Shown piece after piece: positions 39,153-48,710 of a stretch of DNA of 64,000 nt. Each line of letters starts with the position of its first letter. The stretch's first letter is position 1. The position numbers and the translations under genes are program-made. The stretch comes from Dehalococcoidia bacterium (GTDB lineage Bacteria; Chloroflexota; Dehalococcoidia; Lucifugimonadales; CBDCYU01). The notes beneath the pieces were generated by a model, which was given only the letters and a program-made list of their open reading frames with translations, did not search any database and was not told the origin of the DNA. Location: positions 1,865,748-1,929,747 of the forward strand of contig CBDCYU010000003.1 of assembly GCA_965224345.1 (NCBI GenBank), given 5' to 3'.

Positions 39153-39195
39153 AGGGGCGGTAGCCCCTTGCCGGGAGTCTGAGGGTGTCCCTCAG
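39153..39195 (+). terminator. Two GC-rich hairpins 3' of the uxuA-like gene (candidate terminator or REP-like)
   Basis: AGGGGCggtaGCCCCT (39153-39168) and CTGAGGGtgtCCCTCAG (39179-39195). No clear U-tract. Confidence 0.3.
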
Positions 39196-39276
39196 AAATG
39201 ATTCCTTCTTTCTTCTCTTGGTGGGTGGGGTGGCTGATGGTAAGACCTAAGGGCTTTTTCAGGAGACCCGACCGCA

Positions 39277-40194
39277 TTGGGCAAACCGCTGGGCAACAAG
39301 GTGATGACGGCCAGGGAGGCCGTCGAGAGGTTCGTCTCCGACGGCGCCACCGTGGGGATGGGCGGGCAGAGTATCGGCCGGTGCTCCATGGCCCTGTCCC
39401 ATGAGATCGTCCGCCAGGGCAAGGGGGGCCTGACCCTGGTGGGGTGCAACCTCTCCCTGTCCATGGACCTCATGGTCGGTGCGGGCTTGGTGAAGCGCAC
39501 GGAGTGCGGCACGGGCAACCTGGAGCGGTTCGGCACGGCGTTCCGGTGGCGCCGCGCCATCGAGGAGGGCCGCCTGGAGGTCGAGGACTTCAGCCACCTT
39601 GCGATAGCCTCCAGGTTCCTGGCCGGGTCGCTGGGCCTCCCCTTCATGCCATCCAAGAGCCTCCTGGGCAGCGACATCCTGAAGAAGAGGCGGGACGGCA
39701 GTACGATGGAGGTCGTGAGTAACCCGTGGGACCCCGACGAGCCCGTCGTGCTGCTGCGGGCGTGTACGCCCGACGTCTCCATCGTCCACGTCCAGACGGC
39801 GGACGAGCTGGGCAACCTGATGGTCGCCGGCTTCACGACCCACGAGGTCGAGATGGTAAAGGCGTCCAGGGCGGTCATAGCCAGCTGCGAGAAGCTGGTG
39901 AGCTCCGACGAGGTGAGGCGTGAGCCGGACCGGACGACCATCCCCTACCTCTTCGTCGACGCGGTGGTCGAGCAGCCCTGGGGGGCCTATCCGACCTCGG
40001 TCTACAGGTACTACGAGCACGACGAGGAGCACCTACGCAGCTACCAGGCCCGCGCCCGGACCGGCGGCGAGCCCTACGAGGAGTACCTCCGGGAGAACGT
40101 CTACGGCTGCGGCGACTTCGACGACTTCCTGGCCAAGGCGCTGCCCGAGGCCAGGAGGAGGGAGCTCAACAGCTCGATGCGGCGAGTGGTATGA
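39277..40194 (+). CDS. CoA-transferase subunit A (glutaconate CoA-transferase-like)
   Basis: AREAVERFVSDGATVGMGG, GGLTLVGCN, VHVQTADELGNL. Start uncertain (TTG 39277 or ATG 39304). Confidence 0.85.
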   Translation: MGKPLGNKVMTAREAVERFVSDGATVGMGGQSIGRCSMALSHEIVRQGKGGLTLVGCNLSLSMDLMVGAGLVKRTECGTGNLERFGTAFRWRRAIEEGRLEVEDFSHLAIASRFLAGSLGLPFMPSKSLLGSDILKKRRDGSTMEVVSNPWDPDEPVVLLRACTPDVSIVHVQTADELGNLMVAGFTTHEVEMVKASRAVIASCEKLVSSDEVRREPDRTTIPYLFVDAVVEQPWGAYPTSVYRYYEHDEEHLRSYQARARTGGEPYEEYLRENVYGCGDFDDFLAKALPEARRRELNSSMRRVV

Positions 40195-40973
40195 CACAGG
40201 AGAGATACGGCCTCGACGAGCTGATGGTAATCGAGGCGTCGCGCTACATCGGGGACGGGGACAACGTGCTGGTGGGCACCGGGCTGCCGATGGTGGCTGG
40301 GCTGTTCGCGCTGAAGACCCACGCGCCCAACATGTGCTACATCGTCGAGACGGGGCCCATCGCCCCGGAGGTTATTCCGACGCCGATATCGGTCTCCGAC
40401 CCCAGGGTGATGTACCGCGCCGTGCAGCACGGCTCGCTGATAGACGCCCTGGGCGGCGTGCTGCAGCGCGGGCTGGTGGACGTGGCGTTCTTGGGCGGGG
40501 CCCAGATCGACCGGTTCGCCAACGTCAACTCGACGGTCATCGGAGACTACGACGACCCCAAGGTCAGGCTCCCCGGAAGCGGCGGGGCCAACGACTTGGC
40601 CTCCCACTCCGGCAAAATCCTCATAATCGCTCCCCACGAGAAGCGCCGCTTCCCCCAGCGCTGCGACTACATCACCAGCCCCGGCTACATCGACGGCCCA
40701 GAGGGCCGCAAGAGGGCCGGCCTTCCCGTCGCCTACCCGGAGATCTTCGTCATAACCGACCTGGCCGTGATGTCCATCTACAGGGAGCAGGGCGTCCTGG
40801 GCGTGACCAAGCTGATGCCCGGCGTGTCGATGGAGCAGGTGCGGGAGAACACCGGCTTCGAGCCCTTGGAGCCGCCCGAGATCGTCGGGGTGGAGCCGCC
40901 GACTCAGCGGGAGCTCCGTGTCCTCCGAGAGGAGGTCGACCCGGAGGGCGCTTACCTGAAGGGCGCGCGGTAG
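40191..40973 (+). CDS. CoA-transferase subunit B
   Basis: ATGA overlap with subunit A. VGTGLP, GGAQIDRFANVN, LPGSGGANDLAS. Confidence 0.85.
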   Translation: MTQERYGLDELMVIEASRYIGDGDNVLVGTGLPMVAGLFALKTHAPNMCYIVETGPIAPEVIPTPISVSDPRVMYRAVQHGSLIDALGGVLQRGLVDVAFLGGAQIDRFANVNSTVIGDYDDPKVRLPGSGGANDLASHSGKILIIAPHEKRRFPQRCDYITSPGYIDGPEGRKRAGLPVAYPEIFVITDLAVMSIYREQGVLGVTKLMPGVSMEQVRENTGFEPLEPPEIVGVEPPTQRELRVLREEVDPEGAYLKGAR

Positions 40974-40990
40974 ACCAGAGGAGGCAGCCT

Positions 40991-42940
40991 GTGTCCAGTC
41001 CCATCACCCCCGACCACCTCTACAGCCTCACGACCGTGTCCGAGCCGTCACTGGCCCCGTCCGGGGACCGGCTGGCCTTCGTGCGCTCGCGGATCGACCG
41101 GGAGTCGATGGAGACCCGCTCTCAGGTGATGATGAGACTCGCGGACGGCCGGACCTTCGAGTTCACCGGCGGACCCGACGACCGCGGGCCGAGGCTCTCC
41201 CCCGACGGCCGGTCGCTGGCCTTCGTCCGGCCCGACGACGATGGCCGCCGGCAGCTGTGGACCATGCCCACGTCGGGCGGGGAGGCCAGGCGGCTGACCT
41301 CGGTCCCCGGAGGGGCCGCCGAGCACGCCTGGTCGCCCGACTCTCGCAGCCTCGCCTTCGTTTCGGACGTCGACCCCGACCGGCCGCCCAGCGGCCGCGA
41401 CGGCAAGAGGACCCCTACGGTCCGGGTCGTGCGGCGCATCCGGTACAGGGCGGACACCGTCGGCTGGCGCGGCGACTCCTTCCGGCACCTCTTCGTGGCC
41501 GACGCCGAGACCGGGGAGAGCCGCCAGCTCACCCGCGGCGAGGGCGAGGACTCCACGCCCGTCTGGTCTCCCGACGGCTCGAAGGTCGCCTTCATCTCGG
41601 ACCGGGGCGACACCCGAGAGGTGGCGATGGCGTCGGGGGCCTACGTCGTACCGGCGGAGGCCGGCGAGCCGGAGCTGTGGTCTGATGGGCTGTCCAGCGT
41701 CGTCGCCCTGGCGTGGTCGCCCGACGGCGCCAGGCTGGCCGTCGCCGGCTCCGACGACCCCCGGCTGGCCGCCGGTTGGCAGGGCTGGGTGTTCGTCCTG
41801 GAGCCGGGAGAGGCCCCCAGGAGGCTGACCGACGACTCCATCAACCCCACCGGCGGCAACACGCCGATAACCCCTCCGCCCGAGATGCGCTGGACCGGCG
41901 ACGGCTCGGTCCGCTTCGTGGCGGACGCCCGCGGCGAGTCGTACCTCTACCAGGTCTCCGAGTCCGGGGGAGGCCAGCGGCCCGTCGCGGGAGGCGGCTT
42001 CCAGATGGGCGCGGCGAGCTTCGATGCTGCCGGCGGCAGGGCCGCCGCCGTCATCGTACCCCCGGACAGCGCGGGAGACCTGGCCATGCTGGAGTGCGCC
42101 ACCGGCGCCGTTACCAGGCTGGGAGAGTACAACCGCGCCTACTTCGCGGAGCACCCGGCGGCGAGGCTGGAGAAGTTCGTCATCGAGAGGAAGGGGACGG
42201 AGATCGAGTCCCGGCTGCTGCTGCCGCCGGAGTTCGACCCCTCACGGCGGTACCCGATGCTGCTGGACATCCACGGCGGGCCCCACGGCGTCTTCTCCGA
42301 CTCCTTCAACGCCGTGCAGCAGGTACTGGCCACCAACGGCTACGTCGTCCTGGCGGTGAACCCCCGGGGCACCTCGACCTACGGCGCCGACTTCATGGCC
42401 GCCGTGATAGGGGACTGGGGAGGAGAGGACTACCTGGACATCATGGCGTCGGTGGACGAGGTGAGCGCCCGCCCATACGTGGACGCCGGACGCATGGGCG
42501 TGACGGGCTACAGCTACGGCGGCTACATGACGAGCTGGATAGTCGGCCACGACACCAGGTTCGCCGCCGCCGTCGTCGGAGCGCCGTGCATCAACCTCTC
42601 CAGCATGTACGGCACGTCGGACATCGGGGTGCGGTTCGGCGAGGTCGAGTGGGGCGGCCCCAGGCACGAGAACCTGGACGCCTTCCTGGAGCGCTCTCCC
42701 CTGACCTACGCCCCCAACGTGGAGACGCCGGTGCTCCTTCTCCACGGCGAGGACGACGTGCGATGCCCCATCGAGCAGAGCGAGCAGTACTTCGTGGCCC
42801 TCAAGAGGCTGGGCAAGAAGGTCGAGCTCGTCCGGTTCCCGGGGTGCGCCCACAGCCTCCTACGAAGCGGCCACCCCAAGATGCGCGAGGAGTACCTGGC
42901 CCGCGCCCTCCAATGGTTCGACGACCACCTGAGTGCTTAG
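40991..42940 (+). CDS. S9 family serine peptidase (acylaminoacyl-peptidase/prolyl-oligopeptidase-like)
   Basis: N-terminal beta-propeller repeats (SPDGxxLAF), catalytic GYSYGGYM, LLLHGEDDVRCP, CAHS. GTG 40991 has GGAGG 6 nt upstream. The track ORF 39920-42940 runs on upstream in a frame overlapping the CoA-transferase genes. Confidence 0.9.
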   Translation: MSSPITPDHLYSLTTVSEPSLAPSGDRLAFVRSRIDRESMETRSQVMMRLADGRTFEFTGGPDDRGPRLSPDGRSLAFVRPDDDGRRQLWTMPTSGGEARRLTSVPGGAAEHAWSPDSRSLAFVSDVDPDRPPSGRDGKRTPTVRVVRRIRYRADTVGWRGDSFRHLFVADAETGESRQLTRGEGEDSTPVWSPDGSKVAFISDRGDTREVAMASGAYVVPAEAGEPELWSDGLSSVVALAWSPDGARLAVAGSDDPRLAAGWQGWVFVLEPGEAPRRLTDDSINPTGGNTPITPPPEMRWTGDGSVRFVADARGESYLYQVSESGGGQRPVAGGGFQMGAASFDAAGGRAAAVIVPPDSAGDLAMLECATGAVTRLGEYNRAYFAEHPAARLEKFVIERKGTEIESRLLLPPEFDPSRRYPMLLDIHGGPHGVFSDSFNAVQQVLATNGYVVLAVNPRGTSTYGADFMAAVIGDWGGEDYLDIMASVDEVSARPYVDAGRMGVTGYSYGGYMTSWIVGHDTRFAAAVVGAPCINLSSMYGTSDIGVRFGEVEWGGPRHENLDAFLERSPLTYAPNVETPVLLLHGEDDVRCPIEQSEQYFVALKRLGKKVELVRFPGCAHSLLRSGHPKMREEYLARALQWFDDHLSA

Positions 42941-42959
42941 AAGACCGTAGGGGAAGAAG

Positions 42960-43379
42960 ATGCTGCCTGAAAGAGTAAAGAAATTCGTCAGCGAGAACCA
43001 TCGGGCGGTGCTGACGACCTTCCGGCGCAACGGGGCCGCCCAGATGAGTATCGTCACGACCGGGGCGTACTCCGATGGCGCGGCCTTCACCACCACCGAG
43101 GACAGGGCGAAGCTGGCCAACCTGAAGCGCGATCCGCGCTGCTCCCTGCTCGTCTCCCACGAGAGCTGGTGGGGATACGTGGTCCTGGAGGGTCGGGCGC
43201 GGGTCATGGCGCCGGACAACACCGGCGCCGAGGAGCTCCGGCAGGCCCTCAGGGACGTCTACCGGGCCGCGTCGGGCGAGGAGCATCCCGACTGGGACGA
43301 GTACGACCGGGCGATGGTGGACGACCGCCGCGCGGCGGTCGTCGTCGTGCCGGAGCACGTCTACGGCACCGCGGTGTGA
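42960..43379 (+). CDS. PPOX-class (F420/FMN-dependent) oxidoreductase
   Basis: ENHRAVLTTFRRNGAAQMSIV...KLANLKRDPRCSLLV...YVVLEGRARV matches the pyridoxamine-5'-phosphate-oxidase-like split barrel. Confidence 0.8.
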   Translation: MLPERVKKFVSENHRAVLTTFRRNGAAQMSIVTTGAYSDGAAFTTTEDRAKLANLKRDPRCSLLVSHESWWGYVVLEGRARVMAPDNTGAEELRQALRDVYRAASGEEHPDWDEYDRAMVDDRRAAVVVVPEHVYGTAV

Positions 43380-43425
43380 GGCCGTGCTGCCGAACAATGG
43401 CTAGCTGCAGCGAAGGGAGGCGGCC

Positions 43426-46400
43426 ATGGCGGCAACCGGAGCCAGGCTGACCGCGGCCGTCCAGGAGTATCTCGACGATCTCCGCCGCGTCAGGGCGTCC
43501 GGCGGCGCCACGGGCGAGCGCTCCTACTACCCTCCCCTGGCCAGCCTGCTGAACGCCGTCGGCGGGACGCTCAGGCCCAAGGTCTTCTGCGTCGGCGAGC
43601 TAGCGCAGCAGGGCGCGGGACACCCCGACTTCGGCCTCTACGCCGCCAAGCAGGTGCAGAGGGGAAGGCCCCGCGAGGGGCAGCTCCCCGAGTGCGGCGT
43701 GGTGGAGGTCAAGCCAACCGGCGACGACGCCTGGCTGACCGCCCAGGGCGATCAGGTGAGCCGCTACTGGAGCAGGTACCGCCTCGTGCTCGTGACCAAC
43801 ACCCGCGACTTCGTGCTTCTCGGCGAGGACTTGGAGGGCAACCCCGTGAAGCTGGAGACCTTCCGGCTGGCGGAGTCCGCCCCGGAGTTCGAGTCGCGGC
43901 TGGAGACGCCGCGTACCTTCGCCAGGGAGGTGGGAGTCGGCCTGGGGGAGTACCTGTGCCGGGCGTTGTCCCATCGCGCCGCGCTGGTCGAGCCCAGGGA
44001 CCTGGCGTGGCTGCTGGCGTCCTACGCGCGGGACGGGCTGGCCCGGGTCGAGGCGGCGGGCGACGCGCCGTCGCTCGGGGCGGTGCGGACGGCCCTGGAG
44101 GAGGCGCTGGGGGTGCGCTTCCAGGGCGAGCGTGGCGCGGCCTTCTTCCGCTCCACGATGGTGCAGACCCTCTTCTACGGCGTCTTCTCCGCCTGGGTGC
44201 TCTGGGCGCGGCAGACGCCGCCGCCCACCGGCGCCTTCGACTGGCGCACAGCCGTCTGGCACCTCCGCGCGCCTGTGCTGCGGGCGCTCTTCCAGCAGCT
44301 GTCCGATCCCGGCCGGTTGGAGCCACTGGGACTGGTCGAGGTGCTGGACTGGACGGCGGCGGCGCTGGACCGCGTAGAGCGCGGGGCCTTCTTCGACCGC
44401 TTCAGCGAGGGTGAGGCCGTGCCCTACTTCTACGAGCCGTTCCTGGAGGCCTTCGACCCCGCCCTGCGCAAGCAGCTGGGCGTCTGGTACACGCCCGCCG
44501 AGGTGGTGCGCTACATGGTCTCCCGCGTCGACTTGGCGCTGAGAGACGACCTGGGCATCGCCGACGGGCTGGCGGCTGAGAACGTCTACGTCCTGGACCC
44601 TTGCTGCGGCACGGGGGCGTATCTTGCGGAGGTGCTGCGGCGCATCGCCGCCAACCTGGAGGGCCGAGGCCTGGGCGCCCTCACCGGGGCGCGGGTGAAG
44701 CGGGCCGCCACGGAGCGGGTCTTCGGCTTCGAGATCATGCCCGCGCCCTTCGTGGTCGCCCACCTGCAGGTCGGGCTGACGATGCAGGGGCTGGACGCGC
44801 CCCTGTCCGAGGACGGGACGGAGCGGGCCGGGGTCTTCCTCACCAACGCCCTCACCGGCTGGGAGCCCAGGGTGCAGAAGCCGCTCCCCTTCCCGGAGCT
44901 GGAGGAGGAGCGGGACCGCGCCGAGCGTGTGAAGCGGGAGGAGCCGGTGCTGGTAATCCTGGGCAACCCGCCCTACAACGGCTTCGCGGGGATGGCCCCA
45001 TCCGATGACGAGGAGCGGGGACTCACCACGGCCTACCGGACGACCAAGCGGGTGCGGAAGCCGGAGGGCCAGGGACTCAACGACCTCTACGTCCGGTTCT
45101 TCCGCATGGCCGAGCGCCGCATCGCCGAGAAGACGGGCCGGGGCGTCGTCTGCTTCATATCCAACTACTCCTGGCTGGACGGTCTCTCCTTCACCGGCAT
45201 GAGGGAGCGTTACCTGGAGGCCTTCGACGCGGTCCGCATAGACTGTCTCAACGGCGACAAGTACAGGACCGGCAAGACAGCGCCGGACGGCGCGCCCGAC
45301 CCCAGCATCTTCTCGACGCCGGAGGACCCGGTTGGCATCCAGGTCGGAACGGCAATCACGACTCTGGTGCGCAAGGCCGACCACGCGCCTGCCGAGACCG
45401 TCGGTCTTCGTAACCTCTGGGGCCAAGCCAAGCTGGAGGAGCTGACGGCGACGGCGCAAGTAGAGGCGGATGCGCTCTACGACAGAATCGAGCCGAACCT
45501 GCCACTAGGCCTGCCTTTCATGCGGACAACGGTGAGCGACGGGTGGTCCGATTGGCCATCACTCCCTGATCTGTTGCCAACCTCGTTTCCGGGGGTCAAG
45601 AGCGGCCCGGGACCCATTCGTCGTCGACATCGACCTAGACCGGCTCAGGGGGCGCATCGACGACTATTTCAACGCAGACTTGAGCCACGACGAGATCGAA
45701 CGGCGCTACCCAACTGCAATGCGTAACCCCCGAGAGTACGACGCTCGTGCAGTCAGAAGCGCCCTGCTGGAACGCGGCGGCCCGGAGACGGCAGGCTTCA
45801 TCCGCTACGCCTACAGGCCGTTCGACAACCGCTGGCTCTATTGGGAGCCTAGGGAGAAGCTGGTCGATCGTCCACGACCCGAATACAAGCCACATGTATT
45901 CGAGGGCAACCTGTGGCTTTCCTCCGTTCCTCGTCTACGGAGGGACGCAACGGAATCACAGTCCGCAGTTACGCAACTTATGGCGTCGCTTCACCTGAAT
46001 GAATGGGGTGCCAGTATGTTCCCCGTATGGCTCCGAGAAGACGGCCTGGGACTCTACAGCGGCGGAACCCAGCGACGCCCCAACCTGTCACCTGCCGCGC
46101 AACGCTACCTCGACCGCCTGGGCCTAGGCGTAGAGGACCTGTTCCACCACGTCCTCGCCGTGCTGCACGACCCCGCCTACCGCGAGGCCAACGCGGGGGC
46201 GCTGCGGATGGAGTGGCCGCGCATCCCGCTTCCGGGCTGGCCCGACGGCGACCAGCAGGGAGCGGCGGAGGATCTGGCCGCGTCCGCGGCGCGCGGCCGG
46301 GAGCTGGCCGCGCTGCTGGACTCCGACACGCCCGTTCCCGGCGTCACGACGGGCACGCTGCGCCCCGAGGCCGCCGCCGTCGCAGTGCCGTCCACCACCG

Positions 46401-46786
46401 AGGGCGGCAACATGGCCGGCGGCGACTTCGCGCTGACGGCGGGCTGGGGCCATTTCGGCTCGGGCCAAGCCGTCATGCCGGGCCAGGGCCGGGTCGTCGA
46501 GCGCCCCTACACCGCACACGAGCGCGCCGCCCTGGGCGAGTCCGCCCGTACTCTCGGCGACACGACCTTCGACGTCCACCTGAACGACCGCGCCTACTGG
46601 CGCAACGTCCCAGCCGCCGTCTGGAGCTACAAGCTCGGCGGCTACCAGGTCCTCAAGAAGTGGCTCTCCTACCGCGAGCACAAGGTCCTGGGCAGGCCCC
46701 TACTCCCGTCAGAGGTCCAGCACTTCACGGATACCGCACGGCGCATCGGGGCGATCTTGACGCAGTCTGAACGACTGAAGACATGA
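43426..46786 (+). pseudogene. Single-chain restriction-modification enzyme (Type IIG / Type ISP-like: PD-(D/E)xK-like N-terminus + gamma-class N6-adenine MTase + Type-ISP-like C-terminal specificity domain), split by a 1-nt frameshift near 45607
   Basis: N-terminus HPDFGLY...GVVEVKP (D...ExK). MTase motif I VLDPCCGTGAY and motif IV GNPPYNGF (44965-44976). C-terminal IRYAYRPFDNRWLYWEP. Frame 1 reads FPGVKSG, then the +1 frame reads RDPFVVDIDLDRLRGRIDDYFNADLSHDEIERRY, which joins track ORFs 43426-45726 and 45680-46786. Confidence 0.8.
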
Positions 46787-46897
46787 ACACGCCTAGAGGG
46801 TCTCGGGTTTCCTGAATACCCTGTCCCTACGCAGGTTTGATAGCCCATGCTACAATGCGCGCGTACGTGCGCACCGTTGGATTAAGGAGGAACTCCC

Positions 46898-47170
46898 ATG
46901 ACGATCCGCGTCCTTACTCTGAGCGACCAGGCGAAAGACATACTCAAGGAACGTATCCTCAGATATGAGGACCGCTATGAAATGTCATCTTCTGAGATGG
47001 TGACAGCTCTTTCCAATGGAAGCGAGCGGGAGACAGCAGAGAAACTGGAATGGATGTTCGATTATCACGTGCTGGAATCCATGATAGAGGAACAGACCCT
47101 CACGACTGGAACACCTGGGACAGATACAAGCTCATCCACGAGAAGCGTCTCTCTGAGCATCAGTTCGTAG
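46898..47170 (+). CDS. Hypothetical small protein, possibly antitoxin-like
   Basis: AAGGAGG RBS upstream. AT-richer than the flanks. The last about 25 codons are low-complexity (TTGTPGTDTSSSTRSVSLSISS) and overlap the next ORF. Confidence 0.45.
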   Translation: MTIRVLTLSDQAKDILKERILRYEDRYEMSSSEMVTALSNGSERETAEKLEWMFDYHVLESMIEEQTLTTGTPGTDTSSSTRSVSLSISS

Positions 47171-47553
47171 ACCATCGCACCCCTGATACTCTCAGATACT
47201 CAAATCTGAGTTCAAGCCTCATCCATATGTCAGGGCTGGTGTTCTGCCTGGGCGGTGTCACTCTAGAAGTCGATAAGTCGCTCCGGCAGGCCTACGTGGG
47301 CAATAGCCTCAAGGTTCGCGGAGTGAGATACCGATACGTTGCATGGATTCCGAGAGGCTCCCAACAAGGAAAGGCTCCTGTGCTACGCTATCACAACATC
47401 CACAGGAATGATCGAGACTACCACCACAGAGTCTTTAACCCACAGACCGGTGAGTTGGTTGGCTATGAAACGTTAAGGCGATTCCAGTTTCCCACGCTAG
47501 GCGAAATAATTGACGAGATCGCAGTGGTGCTGGAACTTTACCCTCTAGGGTAG
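47050..47553 (+). CDS. DUF6516 / TumE-like toxin-antitoxin family protein
   Basis: VRYRYVAWIP...VLRYHNIHRNDRDYHHRVF...TLGEIIDEI resembles the YxY...RYDNxxH...HHxH...F core I recall for DUF6516 (TumE). Start uncertain (ATG 47050 or ATG 47227). Confidence 0.5.
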   Translation: MDVRLSRAGIHDRGTDPHDWNTWDRYKLIHEKRLSEHQFVDHRTPDTLRYSNLSSSLIHMSGLVFCLGGVTLEVDKSLRQAYVGNSLKVRGVRYRYVAWIPRGSQQGKAPVLRYHNIHRNDRDYHHRVFNPQTGELVGYETLRRFQFPTLGEIIDEIAVVLELYPLG

Positions 47554-47624
47554 CATCGTATCCCAGAGTACCTCATATATCTCTCCGACTTCGGGTTTCC
47601 CCGTAATTCTTCTCCCCAACACCC

Positions 47625-48704
47625 CTAGCTCCCCGCGACGACCGAGCCGTCCGGGTTCAGGCTCTTGACGCGGGTGGCTCCCGTGTAGGCGACGGCCTTG
47701 AGGGAGGCGGCAACTCTCTGGCCGGGTTGGAGCAGCAGGGCCGTGCCGTTCTCGACGGCGCCCTCTATGCCGTTGTTGCCGTAGCTGGTGAAGGGCTCCA
47801 GGCCCAGGTTGTACGCCTTTCCGTACCAGGGGTATCCGAGCCCCCGGAAGGACTGCCAGTACCAGAGGTAGCGGAAGTGGTCCGGTGGGAACACCAGCCC
47901 GAATCCGACCCGTGTGCGCTGGTTGGTGATAGCGTACCACCCCTCCGGCATGTCGGTGACGTAGGTGATGTCGGAGATCCTGTCGTCGCCGGTGGGCACC
48001 CTGCTCAGGTCAACGCGGCCCCCGTCTCTGCCCTCCGACCAGGGCCAGGCGCCCTCGTATCCCGCCTTCAGGCGGCTCTCGGGGCCGCCGCTCTCGGCGT
48101 TGAAGAGGCGGCCTCCCGGCAGATCGATGACGCAGTCGCCGCTGAGGAAGGGAGGCCCGATGGCGATGTGCTGCCCCCAGACGCAGTGGACCGGCTCCTC
48201 CCCCTCGTTGGTCAGCTCCTCTTCGATGGACAGCACGGGCGAGCCCGACTCTAGGGACAGGGTCTTCTGGAAGAAGAAGGGCGTCCTGTAGGTGCGGACC
48301 GAGCAGCGGAGGCCGACCCTGTCCGGGGAGTCCTCGGTGATGACGGAGTCCCAGGGCATGGTGTTGACCTCGGCGTGGGCGCCGAGGTCGGCGCCCCTAT
48401 AGCTGCAGTGGCCGCCGCCGCTGGGAAGGACCGTCTGCCAACCACCCTCGTACACGTCCATCCACACGAGCTCCGGCGACGCGGTGGTACCCACGAACCT
48501 GGAGGGGTCTCGCACCCCCATGGGCGCGCGCCACATGAAGTCGACGTCGGTGGGCTTGTGGACGAATTGGTAGATGTCGGCGCCCTTGTCGACCAGGACG
48601 ACGACGCGGAGCAGCTCGTTCTCCAGGATGGCGGTCTTCAGCCCGCGGTAGCTCCAGGCGTCGGAGACGCGGCAGCCGTGGCTCCTCTCCAGCTGGTAGT
48701 GCAT
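47625..48704 (-). CDS. Aldose-1-epimerase-like (galactose mutarotase fold, DUF4432-like) protein, paralog 1
   Basis: RGLKTAILENELLRVVVLVDKGADIYQFVHKPTDVDFMW...CVWGQHIAIGPPFL. Tandem paralog of the next gene. Confidence 0.75.
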   Translation of the reverse strand: MHYQLERSHGCRVSDAWSYRGLKTAILENELLRVVVLVDKGADIYQFVHKPTDVDFMWRAPMGVRDPSRFVGTTASPELVWMDVYEGGWQTVLPSGGGHCSYRGADLGAHAEVNTMPWDSVITEDSPDRVGLRCSVRTYRTPFFFQKTLSLESGSPVLSIEEELTNEGEEPVHCVWGQHIAIGPPFLSGDCVIDLPGGRLFNAESGGPESRLKAGYEGAWPWSEGRDGGRVDLSRVPTGDDRISDITYVTDMPEGWYAITNQRTRVGFGLVFPPDHFRYLWYWQSFRGLGYPWYGKAYNLGLEPFTSYGNNGIEGAVENGTALLLQPGQRVAASLKAVAYTGATRVKSLNPDGSVVAGS

Positions 48705-48710
48705 CCGGAG

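Noticed and set aside
39920-40990. Upstream 357 codons of track ORF 39920-42940
   Set aside because: This stretch overlaps the CoA-transferase A/B genes in another frame and is Arg/Pro/Gly-rich. The S9 peptidase homology begins at GTG 40991, which has a GGAGG RBS.
43600-45459. 619-aa minus-strand ORF, and other long frames over the RM gene (43692-44414, 43709-44326)
   Set aside because: It is antisense or out of frame relative to a gene with clear MTase motifs (DPCCGTG, NPPY). It is Arg/Pro/Gly-rich and low-complexity.
46837-46856. TTGATA ... TACAAT as a -35/-10 promoter pair
   Set aside because: The spacer is only 8 nt, so this cannot be a standard pair. Only the extended -10-like TGcTACAAT is retained, as a weak candidate.
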